From Squalus acanthias (taxonomy: Eukaryota): DNA of 64,000 nt. The notes beneath the pieces were generated by a model that did not search any database, had not been told where the DNA came from, and saw only the letters and a list, made by a program, of their open reading frames with translations. Numbering within the stretch: the stretch's first letter is position 1; each line of letters begins with the position of its first letter. Below are positions 1-10,795 of this stretch, one piece after another. The translations under genes and the position numbers were made by a program. The stretch is taken from the NCBI GenBank assembly GCA_030390025.1, contig CM059432.1, forward strand, positions 37,016,001 through 37,080,000, read 5' to 3'.

Positions 1-104
1 TCTTCCATACTTGAGGGAATACAAGGCTAGTCCATGCAACCTGTCTTCATAATTTACGGAGTGATTATTTCCATGGTGTGTTGAGTTAATCTGTTCATGT
101 GCCT

Positions 105-1195
105 AGGAGCTCGCAGAGGGGAGAGAGGAGCTGAGACAGGGGAGAGAGGAGCTCGCAGAGGGGAGAGAGGAGCTGAGACAGGGGAGAGAGGAGCTCGCAG
201 AGGGGAGAGAGGAGCTGAGACAGGGGAGAGAGGAGCTCGCAGGGGGAGAGAGGAGCTCGCAGGGGGAGAGAGGATCTGAGACAGGGGAGAGAGGATCTCG
301 CAGGGGGAGAGAGGATCTCGCAGGGGGAGAGAGGAGCTCGCAGAGGGGAGAGAGGATCTCGCAGGGGGAGAGAGGAGCTCAGACAGGGGAGAGAGGAGCT
401 CGCAGGGGGAGAGAGGAAATCAGACAGGGGAGAGAGGATCTCGCAGGGGGAGCGTGGCGTTTGCACGGGGTAGAGGAGCTCAGAGAGGGGAGCTTGGAGT
501 TCGAAGAGGGGAGTGAGGAGCTTGGAGAGGGGTGAGAGGATCTCGGAGGGTGGGGAGAATGTCAGGAACTCGGGGTGGGGGTGAGAGGAGCTCGCAGGTG
601 GAGAGAGGAGCTCGCAGGGGGTGGGGCTTGGAGAGAGGAGCTCACATTGGGGAGAGAGGAGCTCGCAGGGGGAGAGAGGAGCTCGCAGGGGGAGAGAGGA
701 GCTCGCAGGGGGAGAGAGGAGCTCGCAGGGGGAGAGAGGAGCTCGCAGGGGGAGAGAGGAGCTCGCAGGGGGTGGGGCTTGGAGAGAGGAGCTCACATTG
801 GGGAGAGAGGAGCTCGCAGGGGGAGAGAGGAGCTCGCAGGGGGTGGGGCTTGGAGAGAGGAGCTCACATTGGGGAGAGAGGAGCTCGCAGGGGGAGAGAG
901 GAGCTCGCAGGGGGAGAGAGGAGCTCGCAGGGGGAGAGAGGAGCTCGCAGGGGGAGAGAGGAGCTCGCAGGGGGAGAGAGGAGCTCGCAGGGGGTGGGGC
1001 TTGGAGAGAGGAGCTCACATTGGGGAGAGAGGAGCTCGCAGGGGGAGAGAGGAGCTCGCAGGGGGAGAGAGGAGCTCGCAGGGGGTGGGGCTTGGAGAGA
1101 GGAGCTCACATTGGGGAGAGAGGAGCTCACAGGGGGTAGAGGAGCTCGGAGAGGGGATCTTGGAGCTTGAAGAGGGGCACTAGGAGCTCAGAGAG
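105..1195. repeat. G/purine-rich minisatellite, ~20-bp unit (GGGAGAGAGGAGCTCGCAGG) with higher-order variants
   Basis: An exact 20-bp period is visible at 661-770 and 881-990. A variant cassette GGTGGGGCTTGGAGAGAGGAGCTCACATTGGGG recurs five times. The edges are degenerate. Confidence 0.95.
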
Positions 1196-3956
1196 GAGGG
1201 AGAATGTCAGGAACTCGGGGTGGGGGGAAGAAGGTCAGGAACTTGTTGGAGAACAGTGGGGAGAGGGAGGAATGTGATCCAGGTCTAAAGGAGGAGGGAA
1301 TGAGAGCAAGATCGTGATCCAGACGGGAAGATAGATCACGTTCTCCTGCCCCCTGTCAGGCCTGGATCATGTTCTTCCACCCCCACCCCCATCGACTTTT
1401 CACCTGCACCATGTTCTTGCTCTCCTCCCGTTCAACCTACCCCCCACCAAGACCGCAACGGTTCAAGAAGGCAGCTCACTACCACCCTCTCAAGGGCAAC
1501 TAGGGATGGGCAATAAATAAATACATTTAAAAAAAATTAGAGTATATTCTGTGTTGGTCCTACCAATATGCATGACATTACATTTATTTGGTATTTGCTG
1601 GACTCAACTATTCCAATGTTCTCCTGGCCAGCCTCCCATCTTCCACCCTCAATGAACTTGAGCTCATCCAAAATTCTGCTGCACCTATCCTAACACACAG
1701 CAAGTCCCATTCACCCATCAGCCCTGTGCTCGTTGATCTACATGGCTCATGGTCCACCACCAACACATATTAAACCCTTCCTATCTGAACTCGGCAGTTT
1801 GAGCGCTATGAGTGCTCCTAACCTCGGAGGGTGAGCCCTGTCTGTTCTCTGAAAGCAGTAGTGTTAGCACTGTGAGCTCTGGAGCCTGCCTGTGAAAATG
1901 ACTTGATTACTCCAGCAGGCAGGATCAAATTACACATTGCAAAGATCTTGATGACTCCAGCAGGCAGGATCAAATTACACATTCCAGACAAACTGTTGGG
2001 TGTGTCTTGTCCTCCAAAGGGACCAATCAGAAACCTGGTCTTGTCCTCCAAGGGAACCAATCACAAATCTGGTGTTGCAAATAGACATGACCCATAATTT
2101 AACCCTTTTAGACATAGTAAAGTCTTTCTTATTCTAAAATCTTCTGTCTGAAGAATTTTTTTTTCACCTCCTCCCTCTTTATGCTCTATTACTAATCATG
2201 AGTTAATGTCCCCTAGCTACCAATTCACTGACCAGTGGAAACAATCTTTTACTGCAAACCTTGTGAACCTTTTCAGAACTTTGAACATTCCCACTAGATC
2301 CCACTTAACCTTGTCTGTACCAGTGATCACAGCCCTAGCTTTCCATTTATCATTGTCAAAGAAATGACCAACATGTCCTCCTAGAATGAAGGACCGTGAC
2401 ATAAATCAGATGGAAGTCCCAGCCTAAAGGGCTCAAACTAAATAAATCCCAGGAATAGATGGTATAAGCATTCAGAGAGACAAGGATTGAGACTTGTGAG
2501 GTGCTGAAAGTCATTACGAGGGCATTAATATACACTGGGGAGGTCCTGGTTGATTGAAAATGGGCCAACATGGTGTTCACTTAAAAAAGCCGAAAGACTG
2601 AAATAAGGTGTTAGCTTGGACAAACAAATGGAGAAAAAGGAGTCATGTTAAATATGAACAAAAAAAATCAAGTTCTGGAAGTGCCTCCAGTCGCTCGAAC
2701 TCGAGCTCAGGGTTTGAGCTTGAGGAGCCGCTGGAGTCACTGCAGGGCATACAGGAGGCTGAGAATTTCCTGGAGCGCATGTTCCAGGAGGTGGTCACCC
2801 CGTAGCTACAGAGAGTTCAGGAGCATAGTAAGTGGGTGGCCATCTGGTAGGGTAGGAAGAGGCAGGCAGGGCAGGAATCCTCCAGGGGTGTGGCACTCTC
2901 AAACCGGTTTTCAGCGCTGAATACCAGTGAGGATGATGACATCTTGGGGGAGTGCAGTCTAGAGCACACCACTGCACTGTGGGGCAAATGAGCGCACAGG
3001 GTGGGGGGCACAGCAAAGTGTAGAAATATGTGGTCATCGGGGATTCGATAGTCAGAGGAATAGACAGACTTGAGACCCGCATGGTGTATTGCCTCCCTGG
3101 TGCCAGGGTAAAGGACATCATTGAGATGGTACAGAATATTTGAGGGGGAGAGGGAGGGGAACAGCCAGAAGTCATGACGGTCCATGTGGGAACCAATGAC
3201 ATAGGAAGGAACAGGGTTGAGGTCCTGCATTCAGAGTTTCTGGAGCAATGGAGGTAGTTAAAAATCAGGACCTCAAAGGTAGTAATCTAGGTTAAAACAG
3301 GTTAACACATGTTTGGAGAAAAGGTGCAAGAGGGAGGGCTTCAGATTCCTGGGCATCGGGACCAGTTCTGGGACAGGAAGGACCTGTTGAAGGTGAATGG
3401 GTTGCATCTCAACAGAGCTGGGACCAATGTCCTCGCGGGAAGGTTAACTAGTTCTGTGGGGGAGGGTTTAAACTAATTTGGCAGGGGGATGGGCACCAGG
3501 ATGAAACATTAGTGAGGAGAAACAAGGTGCACAGAGGACTGGGAGAGGTGAATAGTTAAGAAATAGGAGGGATCAGAAAGAGGGCAAATCCAAAGCAGAT
3601 TTACTTGGTTTGCTACTGTCACCAGGAGGTCGATTTAACGACAAGTTCGGTGTCCTTTGAGATGAGGGGGAGGGGGAGGGGGAGGGGAACAGCCAGAAGT
3701 CATGACGGTCCATGTGGGAACCAATGACATAGGAAGGAAAAGGGTTGAGGTCCTGCATTCAGAGTTTCTGGAGCAATGGAGGAAGTTAAAAATCAGGACC
3801 TCAAAGGTAGTAATCTAGGTTAAAACAGGTTAACACATGTTTGGAGAAAAGGTGCAAGAGGGAGGGCTTCAGATTCCTGGGCATCGGGACCAGTTCTGGG
3901 ACGCAAAGCAGTCTAAGATGGATTTGGAGTGCATGTACGTAAATGCACGTAGTGCG

Positions 3957-4054
3957 TTCTGACGAAAGGTCTTCGACCTGAAACGTTAACTCTGTTTCTC
4001 TCTCCACGGATGCTGCCTGGCCTGCTGAGTTTTTCCAGCGTTTTCTGTTGTTAT
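3957..4054 (+). mobile_element. Short Penelope-derived element beginning with a minimal hammerhead motif, inserted in CR1
   Basis: CTGACGA-A-AGGTC(TTC)GACCT-GAAA-CGTT, followed by GATGCTGCCTGGCCTGCTGAG. It interrupts a CR1 endonuclease start and has TGCG on both sides (3953-3956, 4055-4058). Confidence 0.65.
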
Positions 4055-4265
4055 TGCGGTAAATAAGATTGGTGAGTTGCAGGCACAAGTCTCCACATGG
4101 GACTACGATATCGTGGCGATAACAGAGACCTCGCTAAAAGAAGGGGAGGATTGGGAACTTAATATTCCCGGCTACAAAGTATTCAGGAAAGATAGGACAG
4201 GAAAAAAAGGAGGATAGGTGGCAGTATTGATCAAATAAACTATTTTCGCACTGGAGCAAGATGAT

Positions 4266-4576
4266 CACAGAATCACAGAATCCACACAATGCAGATAGAG
4301 GCCATTTCGGCCCATTGAGCCTGCACCGACACACATCCCACCCTATCCCCACGTATTTAATCCCCCCTAACACTAAGGGTCAATTTATCATAGCCAAATC
4401 AACCTAACCCGCACATCTTTGGACTGTGGGAGGAAACCGGAGCACCCGGAGGAAACCCACGCAGACACGAGGAGAATGTGCAAACTCCACACAGACAGTC
4501 ACCCGAGGCCGGATTCGAACCCGGGTCCCTGGCGCTGTGAGGCAACAGTGCTAACCACTATGCCACCGTGTTGCCC
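4266..4576 (-). mobile_element. tRNA-derived SINE, HE1/V-SINE-like
   Basis: Minus strand shows A box GGTGGCATAGTGGTTAGC, B box GGTTCGAATCC, V-domain-like GTGGAGTTTGCACATTCTC...GGTTTCCTCCCAC, and a LINE-derived tail ending in (ATTCTGTG)n. Confidence 0.9.
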
Positions 4577-6222
4577 TTAGTAGTAGTGCTGGATCTAGTT
4601 CTGGGGAATGAAGTAGGGCAAGTGGAGCATGTTTCAGTGGGAGACCATTTGGGGAACAGTGATCATGATGTAGTTGAGGGCTCAAAGACAGAGTCTATTT
4701 GGTTAGAATTAAGGAACAATAGAGGCGCTGCTGCGGTACTGGGTGTATACTATAGGCCACCAAATAGTGGGAAGGGGATAGAGGAGCAAATTTGCAGGAA
4801 AGTTACAGAAAGATGCAAGAACTACAGAGTAGTGATAATAGGGGACTTCAATTATCCTCGATAGACTGGGATAGTAACAGTGTAAAGACCAAAGATGGGG
4901 AGGAATTCCTGAAATGTGTACAAGAGAACTTTCTTGATCAGTGTGTTTCCAGTCCAACGAGGAAGGAAGTAGTGCTGGATCTAGTTCTGGGGAATGAAGT
5001 AGGGCAAGTGGAGCATGTTTCAGTGGGAGACCATTTGGGGAACAGTGATCATGATATCATCAGGTTTAGAATAGTTATGGAAAAGGACAAGGTACAATGA
5101 TTGCATAAAAATACATAACTGGAGGAGGGCTAACTTCAGTGAGTTGAAAAGGGATCTGGCCCAGGTGGATTGGAATCAAAAATTGGAAGGCAAAACAGTA
5201 ATTGAGCAATGGGAGGCCTTCAAAGAGGAGATGGTTCAGGTACTGAGTAGACACATTCCTATGAGGAAGAAACGAAGTGCATCCAAAGCTAGAGCTCCCT
5301 GGATGACTAAAGATATAGAGGTTAAAATGAGACAGAAAAAGGGAGGCTTATGACAATTGTAAGGTTCATAATGCAGGAGAGAACCAAGCTGAATATGGAA
5401 AGAACAGAGACCATGAAAAAAGGGAATAAGAGGGGCAAAGAGAGTGTATGAGAATAGATTAGCAGCTAACATAAAAGGGAACCCAAAAGTCTTTTATAAA
5501 CACAAAGAGTAAAAGGGTAGTCAAAGGAAGGGTGTGGCTGATTAGGGTCCAAAAAGGAGATCTTCTTGTGGAGGCAGAGGGCATGGCTGAGAGAGTAAAT
5601 GAGTATTTGCGTTTATCTTCACGAGAGAAAAGGATGCTGCCAATGTAGCAGTAAAGGAGGAGGCTGTAGCAATATTGGATGAGATAAAAATAATAAAGAG
5701 GTTGTCCTTAAAAGGTCGGCAGACCTCAAAGAAGAAAAGTCACCCAGTCCGGATGGGATGCATCCTAGGTTACTGAGGGAAGTAAAGGTGGAAATTGCAG
5801 AGGTTCTGGCCACAATCTTCCAATCCTCCTTAGATACGGGAGTGGTGCCAGCGGACTTGAGGATTGCAAATGTTACACCTCTGTTTAAAAAATGCAACAG
5901 GGATAAAACCAGCAATGACAGACCAGTTAGCCTTAGGTCGGTGGTGGGGAAACTTGGAGACAATATTCCGGGACAAAATTAATTGGCATTTAGAAAAGTG
6001 TGGGCTAATAAATGAAAGTCGTCACAGATTTATTAAAGGCAAATCGTGTTTGACTAGCTTGATCGAGTTCTTTGATGAAGCAATGGAGAGAGTTGATGAG
6101 GGCTCTTTTTAATATACATTAATGACTTGAACTTGGGTATACAGGGTATCATTTCAAAGTTTACAGATGATATGAAACTCGTAAATGTAGTAAACAATGA
6201 GGTGGATAATAACCGACTTCAG

Positions 6223-9200
6223 CTAAAGAATTAACAATGGGGAACAGGGAAATGGCAGAGACTTTGAACAAATATTTTGTATCAGTCTTCACGGTAGAAG
6301 ACACTAAAACCATCCCAATAATACATAATCAAGGGGCTCTGAGGCATACAGCAGGGCGGGTATCACTGCTGCTCTGTAGACCATGAGCTTAGTGCCGGGT
6401 TTGAGGTCCTGATCTTCAAACACTCTCTTCCTCAGGCTACACTGGCACACTGAAGGCGGTGTTGGACTTCGTCGTCGACGTCTGCCCTTGTTGACAGTAG
6501 GCTCCCGAGGTATGGAAAGTGGTCCACGTTGTCCAAGGCTTTGTCGTGGATTTTGATAATCGGGGGGCAGTACTGTGTGGCGGGGGCAGGTTGGTAGAGG
6601 ACCTTTGTCTTACGAATGTTTAGTGTAAGGCCCATGCTCTCGTACACTTCGGTGAAGGTGTTGACGATGGTTTGGAGTTCGATCTCCGAGTGAGTGCAGA
6701 CGCAAGCGTCGTCTGCATACTGTAATTCGATGACAGGGGATGGGACAACCTTGGATCTGGACTGGAGGCGACGGAGGTTGAACAGTTTCCCGTTTGTTCT
6801 GTAAATTAGCTCCACTCCAGCGGGAGCTTACTGAGGGTGAGATGGAGCATTGCAGCAAGGAAGATCGAGAAGAGCGTTGGTGCGATGACACAGCCTTGCT
6901 TGACCCCGGTCCGTACGTGAATTGGGTCTGTGGTGGAACCGTTGGTCAGGATCACGGCTTGAGATCCTGTATGCCTCAGAGACATGGACCATGTACAGCA
7001 GGCACCTCAAAGCACTGGAGAGGTACCACCAACGCTGTCTCTGCAAGATCCTGCAAATCCATTGGCAGGATAGGCGCACCAACGCCAACATCCCCAGCAT
7101 CGAAGCTTTGACCACGCTCGATCAGCTCCGATGGATGGGTCACATTGTCCACATGCCCGATATGAGACTCCCAAAACAAGCGCTCTACTCGGAGCTCCGG
7201 CACAGCAAGAGAGCCACAGGTGGGCAGAGGAAACGCTTCAAGGACACCCTCAAAGCCTCCTTGAAAAAGTGTAACATCCCCACCGACACCTGGGAATCCC
7301 TGGCCCAAGACCGCACAAAGTAGAGGAGAAGCATCCGGGAAGGCGCTGAACACCTCAAGTCTCTTCGCCGGGAGCAAGCGGAAGCCAAGCGCAGGCAGCG
7401 CAAGGAGCGCACGTCAACCCAAGCACCCCACCCACCTGCCCCTTCAACCACCGTCTGCCCCACCTGTGACAGAGACTGTAGGTCCCGCATTGGACTCATC
7501 AGTCACCTGAGAACTCATTTTTAATGTGGAAGCAAGTCATCCTTGGTTCCGAGGGACTGCCTAAGAAGAAGAATCAAGGGGCTACAGGGAGGGGGGAACT
7601 TAAAACAATCATTATCACTAAAGAAAAAGTACTCGGTAAAATAATGGGACTAAAGGTGAACAAGTCCCCTGGACCTGATGGCCTGCATCCTAGGGTCTTA
7701 AAAGAAGTGGCTGCAGAGATAGTGGATGCATTGGTTGCAATCTACCAAAATTCCCCAGATTCTGGAGAGGTCCCAGTGGATTGGAAAACTGCAAATGTAA
7801 CGCCCCTATTCAAGAAGGGAGGGAGACAGAAAGCAGGAAACTATAGACCAGTTAGCCTAACATCTGTCATTGGGAAATGCTGGAGTCCATTATTAAGGAA
7901 GCAGTAGCAGGACATTTAGAAAATCATAATACAGTCAAGCAGAGTCAGCATGGTTTTATGAAAGGGAAATCATGTTTGACAAATTTGCTGGAGTCGAGGA
8001 TGTAACGAGCAGGGTGGATAAAGGGGAACCAGTGGATGTGGTGTATTTGGATTTCCAGAAGGCATTCGATAAGGTGCCACATAAAAGGTTACTGCACAAG
8101 ATAAGAGCTCACGGGGTTGGGGGTAATATATTAGCATGGATAGAGGATTGGCTAACTAACAGAAAACAGAGAGTCGGGATAAATGGGTCATTTTCTGGTT
8201 GGCAAACGGTAACTACTGGGGTGCCACAGGGATTAGTGCTGGGGCCTCAACTATTTACAATCTAAATTAATGACTTGGATGAAGGGACCGAGTGTAATAT
8301 AGCCAAATTTCCTGATGATACAAAGATAGGTGGGAAAGCAAGTTGTGAAGAGGACACAAAGAATCTGCAAAGGGATATAGACAGGCTAAGTGAGTGGGCA
8401 AACATTTGGCAGATGGAGTATAATGTGGGAAAGTGTGAGGTTATCCACTTTGGTAAGAAAAATAAAAAAGCAAATTATTATTTAAATGGAGAGAGACTAC
8501 AAAATGCTGCAGTACAGAGGGACCTGGGGGTCCTTGTGCATGAAACACAAAAAGTTAGCATGCAGGTACAGCAAGTAATCAGGAAGGCAAATGGAATGTT
8601 GGCCTTTTTTGCAAGGGGGTTGGAGTATAAAAGCAGGGAAGTCCTGCTCAGGCCAACAATTGTACAGGGTATTGGTGAGACCACACCTGGAGTACTGCGT
8701 ACAGTTTTGGTCTCCTTATTTAAGGAAGGATATACTTGCATTGGAGGCAGTTCAGAGAAGGTTCACGAGGTTGATTCCTGAGATGAAGGGGTTGACTTAT
8801 AAAGAAAGGTTGAGCAGGTTGGGCCTATACTCATTGGAGTTCAGAAGAATGAGAGGTGATCTTATTGAAACATAAGATACTGAGGGGGCTCGACAAGGTA
8901 GATGCAGAGAAGATGTTTCCCCTCATGGGGGAATCTAGAACTAGGGGGCATAGTTTCAGAATAAGGGGTCGCCCATTTAAAACTGAGATGAGGAGGAATT
9001 TCTTCTCTCAGAGGGTCGTAAATCTGTGGAATTCTCTGCCCCAGAGAGCTGTGGAGGCTGGGTCATTGAATATATTTAAGGTGGAGATAGACAGATTTTT
9101 GAACAATAAGGGAGTGATGGGTTATGGGGAGCGGGCAGGAAAATGGAGCTGAGCCCAAGATCAGGTCAGCCATGGTCTCATTAAATGGCGGAGCAGGCTC

Positions 9201-9245
9201 GAGGGGCCAAATGGCCTACTCCTGCTCCTATTTATGTTCTTATGT
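6223..9245 (+). mobile_element. 5'-truncated CR1 LINE (ORF2 RT and 3' UTR), nested in the older CR1 and itself interrupted by an RTE
   Basis: ORFs 7524-9152 give PGPDGLHPRVLKE, YLDFQKAFDKVPH, GVPQG, DDTK and [11 protein letters not shown]. The 3' stem-loop GGAGCAGG...CCTGCTCC and tail TTATGTTCTTATG follow. Confidence 0.9.
6339..7571. mobile_element. RTE-clade LINE with 5' inversion (6339-~6962 minus, ~6967-7571 plus)
   Basis: Motifs ELQYADD, FPYLGS, YASETWT, QLRWMGHIVHM and GGQRKRFKDTLK. (AAG)3 tail. 12-bp TSD AATCAAGGGGCT at 6327-6338 and 7572-7583. Confidence 0.9.
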
Positions 9246-9479
9246 AGAAGGACATAGACAGACTGGTGAAATGGGCAGACACATGGCAGATGAAATTTAA
9301 CACAGAGAAGTGTGAAGTGATACGTTTTGGTAGGAAGAATGAGGAGAGGCAATATGAACTAAATGGTACAATTTTAAAACGGGTGCAGGAACTTGAGAGA
9401 ACTGAAGAGACCTGGGGATTTATGTACACAAAGTTTTGAAGGTGACAGGACAAGTTGAGAAGGCTGTTAAAAAGCAGAG

Positions 9480-10795
9480 GGGCATCGGAACAGGAGGCCA
9501 ATTAGCCCCTGGAGCCTGTTCCACAATTCAGTGAGATCATGGCTTATCTGTGACCTATCTCTATATACCCGCCTTTGCCCCAGATTCCTAAATATCTTTG
9601 GTGAACAAAAATCTATCGATCTCAGATTTAAAATTAACAATTGATCGGTCATCAACTGCCATTTGCAGAAGAGAGTTCCAAACTTCTGCCACCTTTTGCG
9701 TGTAGAAGTGTTTCCTTACTTCCTGAAAGGCCTGGCTCTAATTTTTAGGTTATGTCCTCTAGTCTTAGATTCCCCAACTAGTGGAAGTAGTTTCTCTCTA
9801 CCTACCCTATCAGTTCCCCTTAATATCTTGAAAACATTGATCAAATTATCCCTTAACTTTCTAAATTCCAAGGAATACAACCGTAGTTTGTGTAATCTCT
9901 CCTCGTAACTTAACCTTTGGAGTCCAGGTATCATTCTAGTAAACCTACGCTGCACTCCCTCCAAGGCCAATATATCCTTCCTAAGGTGTGGTGCCCAGAA
10001 CTGCTCACAGTACTCCAGGTGTGGTCTAACCAGGGCTTTGTTGCTGCAGCATAACTTCTAACCCCGTGTATTCTCGTCCTCCAGCTATAAAGGCCAGCAT
10101 TCCATCAGCCTTTTTGATTATTTTCTATACCTGTTCATGACATTTTAATGATTTATGTACCTGGACCCCCCAAGTCTCTTTGGACCTCCACTGTTTTTAG
10201 CTTTTCACCATTTTGAAAGTACCCTGTTCTATCTTTTTATGTCCAAAGTGGATGATCTCACATTTGCCTACATTGAAATCCACTTGCCACAGTTTAGCCC
10301 ATTTACTTGATCTATCGATATCTCTTTGTAATTTTATGCTTTCATCTACATTGCCTACAATGCCGCCTATCTTTGTGTCATCGGCAAATTTGGATAGGTG
10401 GCTTTCTATCTCATCATCTAAGTCGTTAATAAATACAGTGAATAGTTGAGGCCCCAACAGAGATTCCTGCGGGAAACCATTAGTCATATTCTGACAATTT
10501 GAGTACCTGCCCATTATCCCTACTCTCTGTCTCCTGCCGCTCAGCCAATTTCCTAACCAGGTCAATAATTTGCCTTCAGTTCCATGGGCTGCAACCTTAG
10601 TTAACAGTCTCTTATGAGGGACTTTATCAAATGCCTTCTGGAAGTCCATATAAATAACATCCATAGACATTCCCTTGTCCACTACTTTACTCACCTCTTC
10701 AAAAAATTCAATCAGGTTCGTCAGGCATGACCTACCTTTTACAAATCCATGCTGGCTCTGTCTGATCAGCTGAAAATTTTCAAGGTGTTCAGTCC
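9480..10795 (-). mobile_element. CR1 LINE 3' fragment
   Basis: ORFs 10197-10694 (YMDFQKAFDKVPH, FADDTK) and 9716-9970 (EGVQRRFTRMIPG). Confidence 0.9.

Larger units (their letters stand above)
2640..6222 (+). mobile_element. Degenerate near-full-length CR1 LINE (ORF1 coiled coil/SGNH esterase, ORF2 APE endonuclease and RT); resumes at ~9246-9475
   Basis: Frameshifted motifs: VIGDSIVRG (~3030), VHVGTNDIG (~3180), YYRPPNS and IIGDFNYP (APE), and PGPDGxHPR-like/WRxANVTPLFKK-like RT pieces. The host reads CGACTTCAG|AAGGACATAGACAG across the 6223-9245 insert. Confidence 0.85.

Noticed and set aside
95..1183. Long ORFs (up to 307 aa) on both strands
   Set aside because: They are low-complexity translations of a stop-free minisatellite.
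105..1195. CRISPR-like repeat array
   Set aside because: There are no unique spacers and no cas genes, and the context is eukaryotic.
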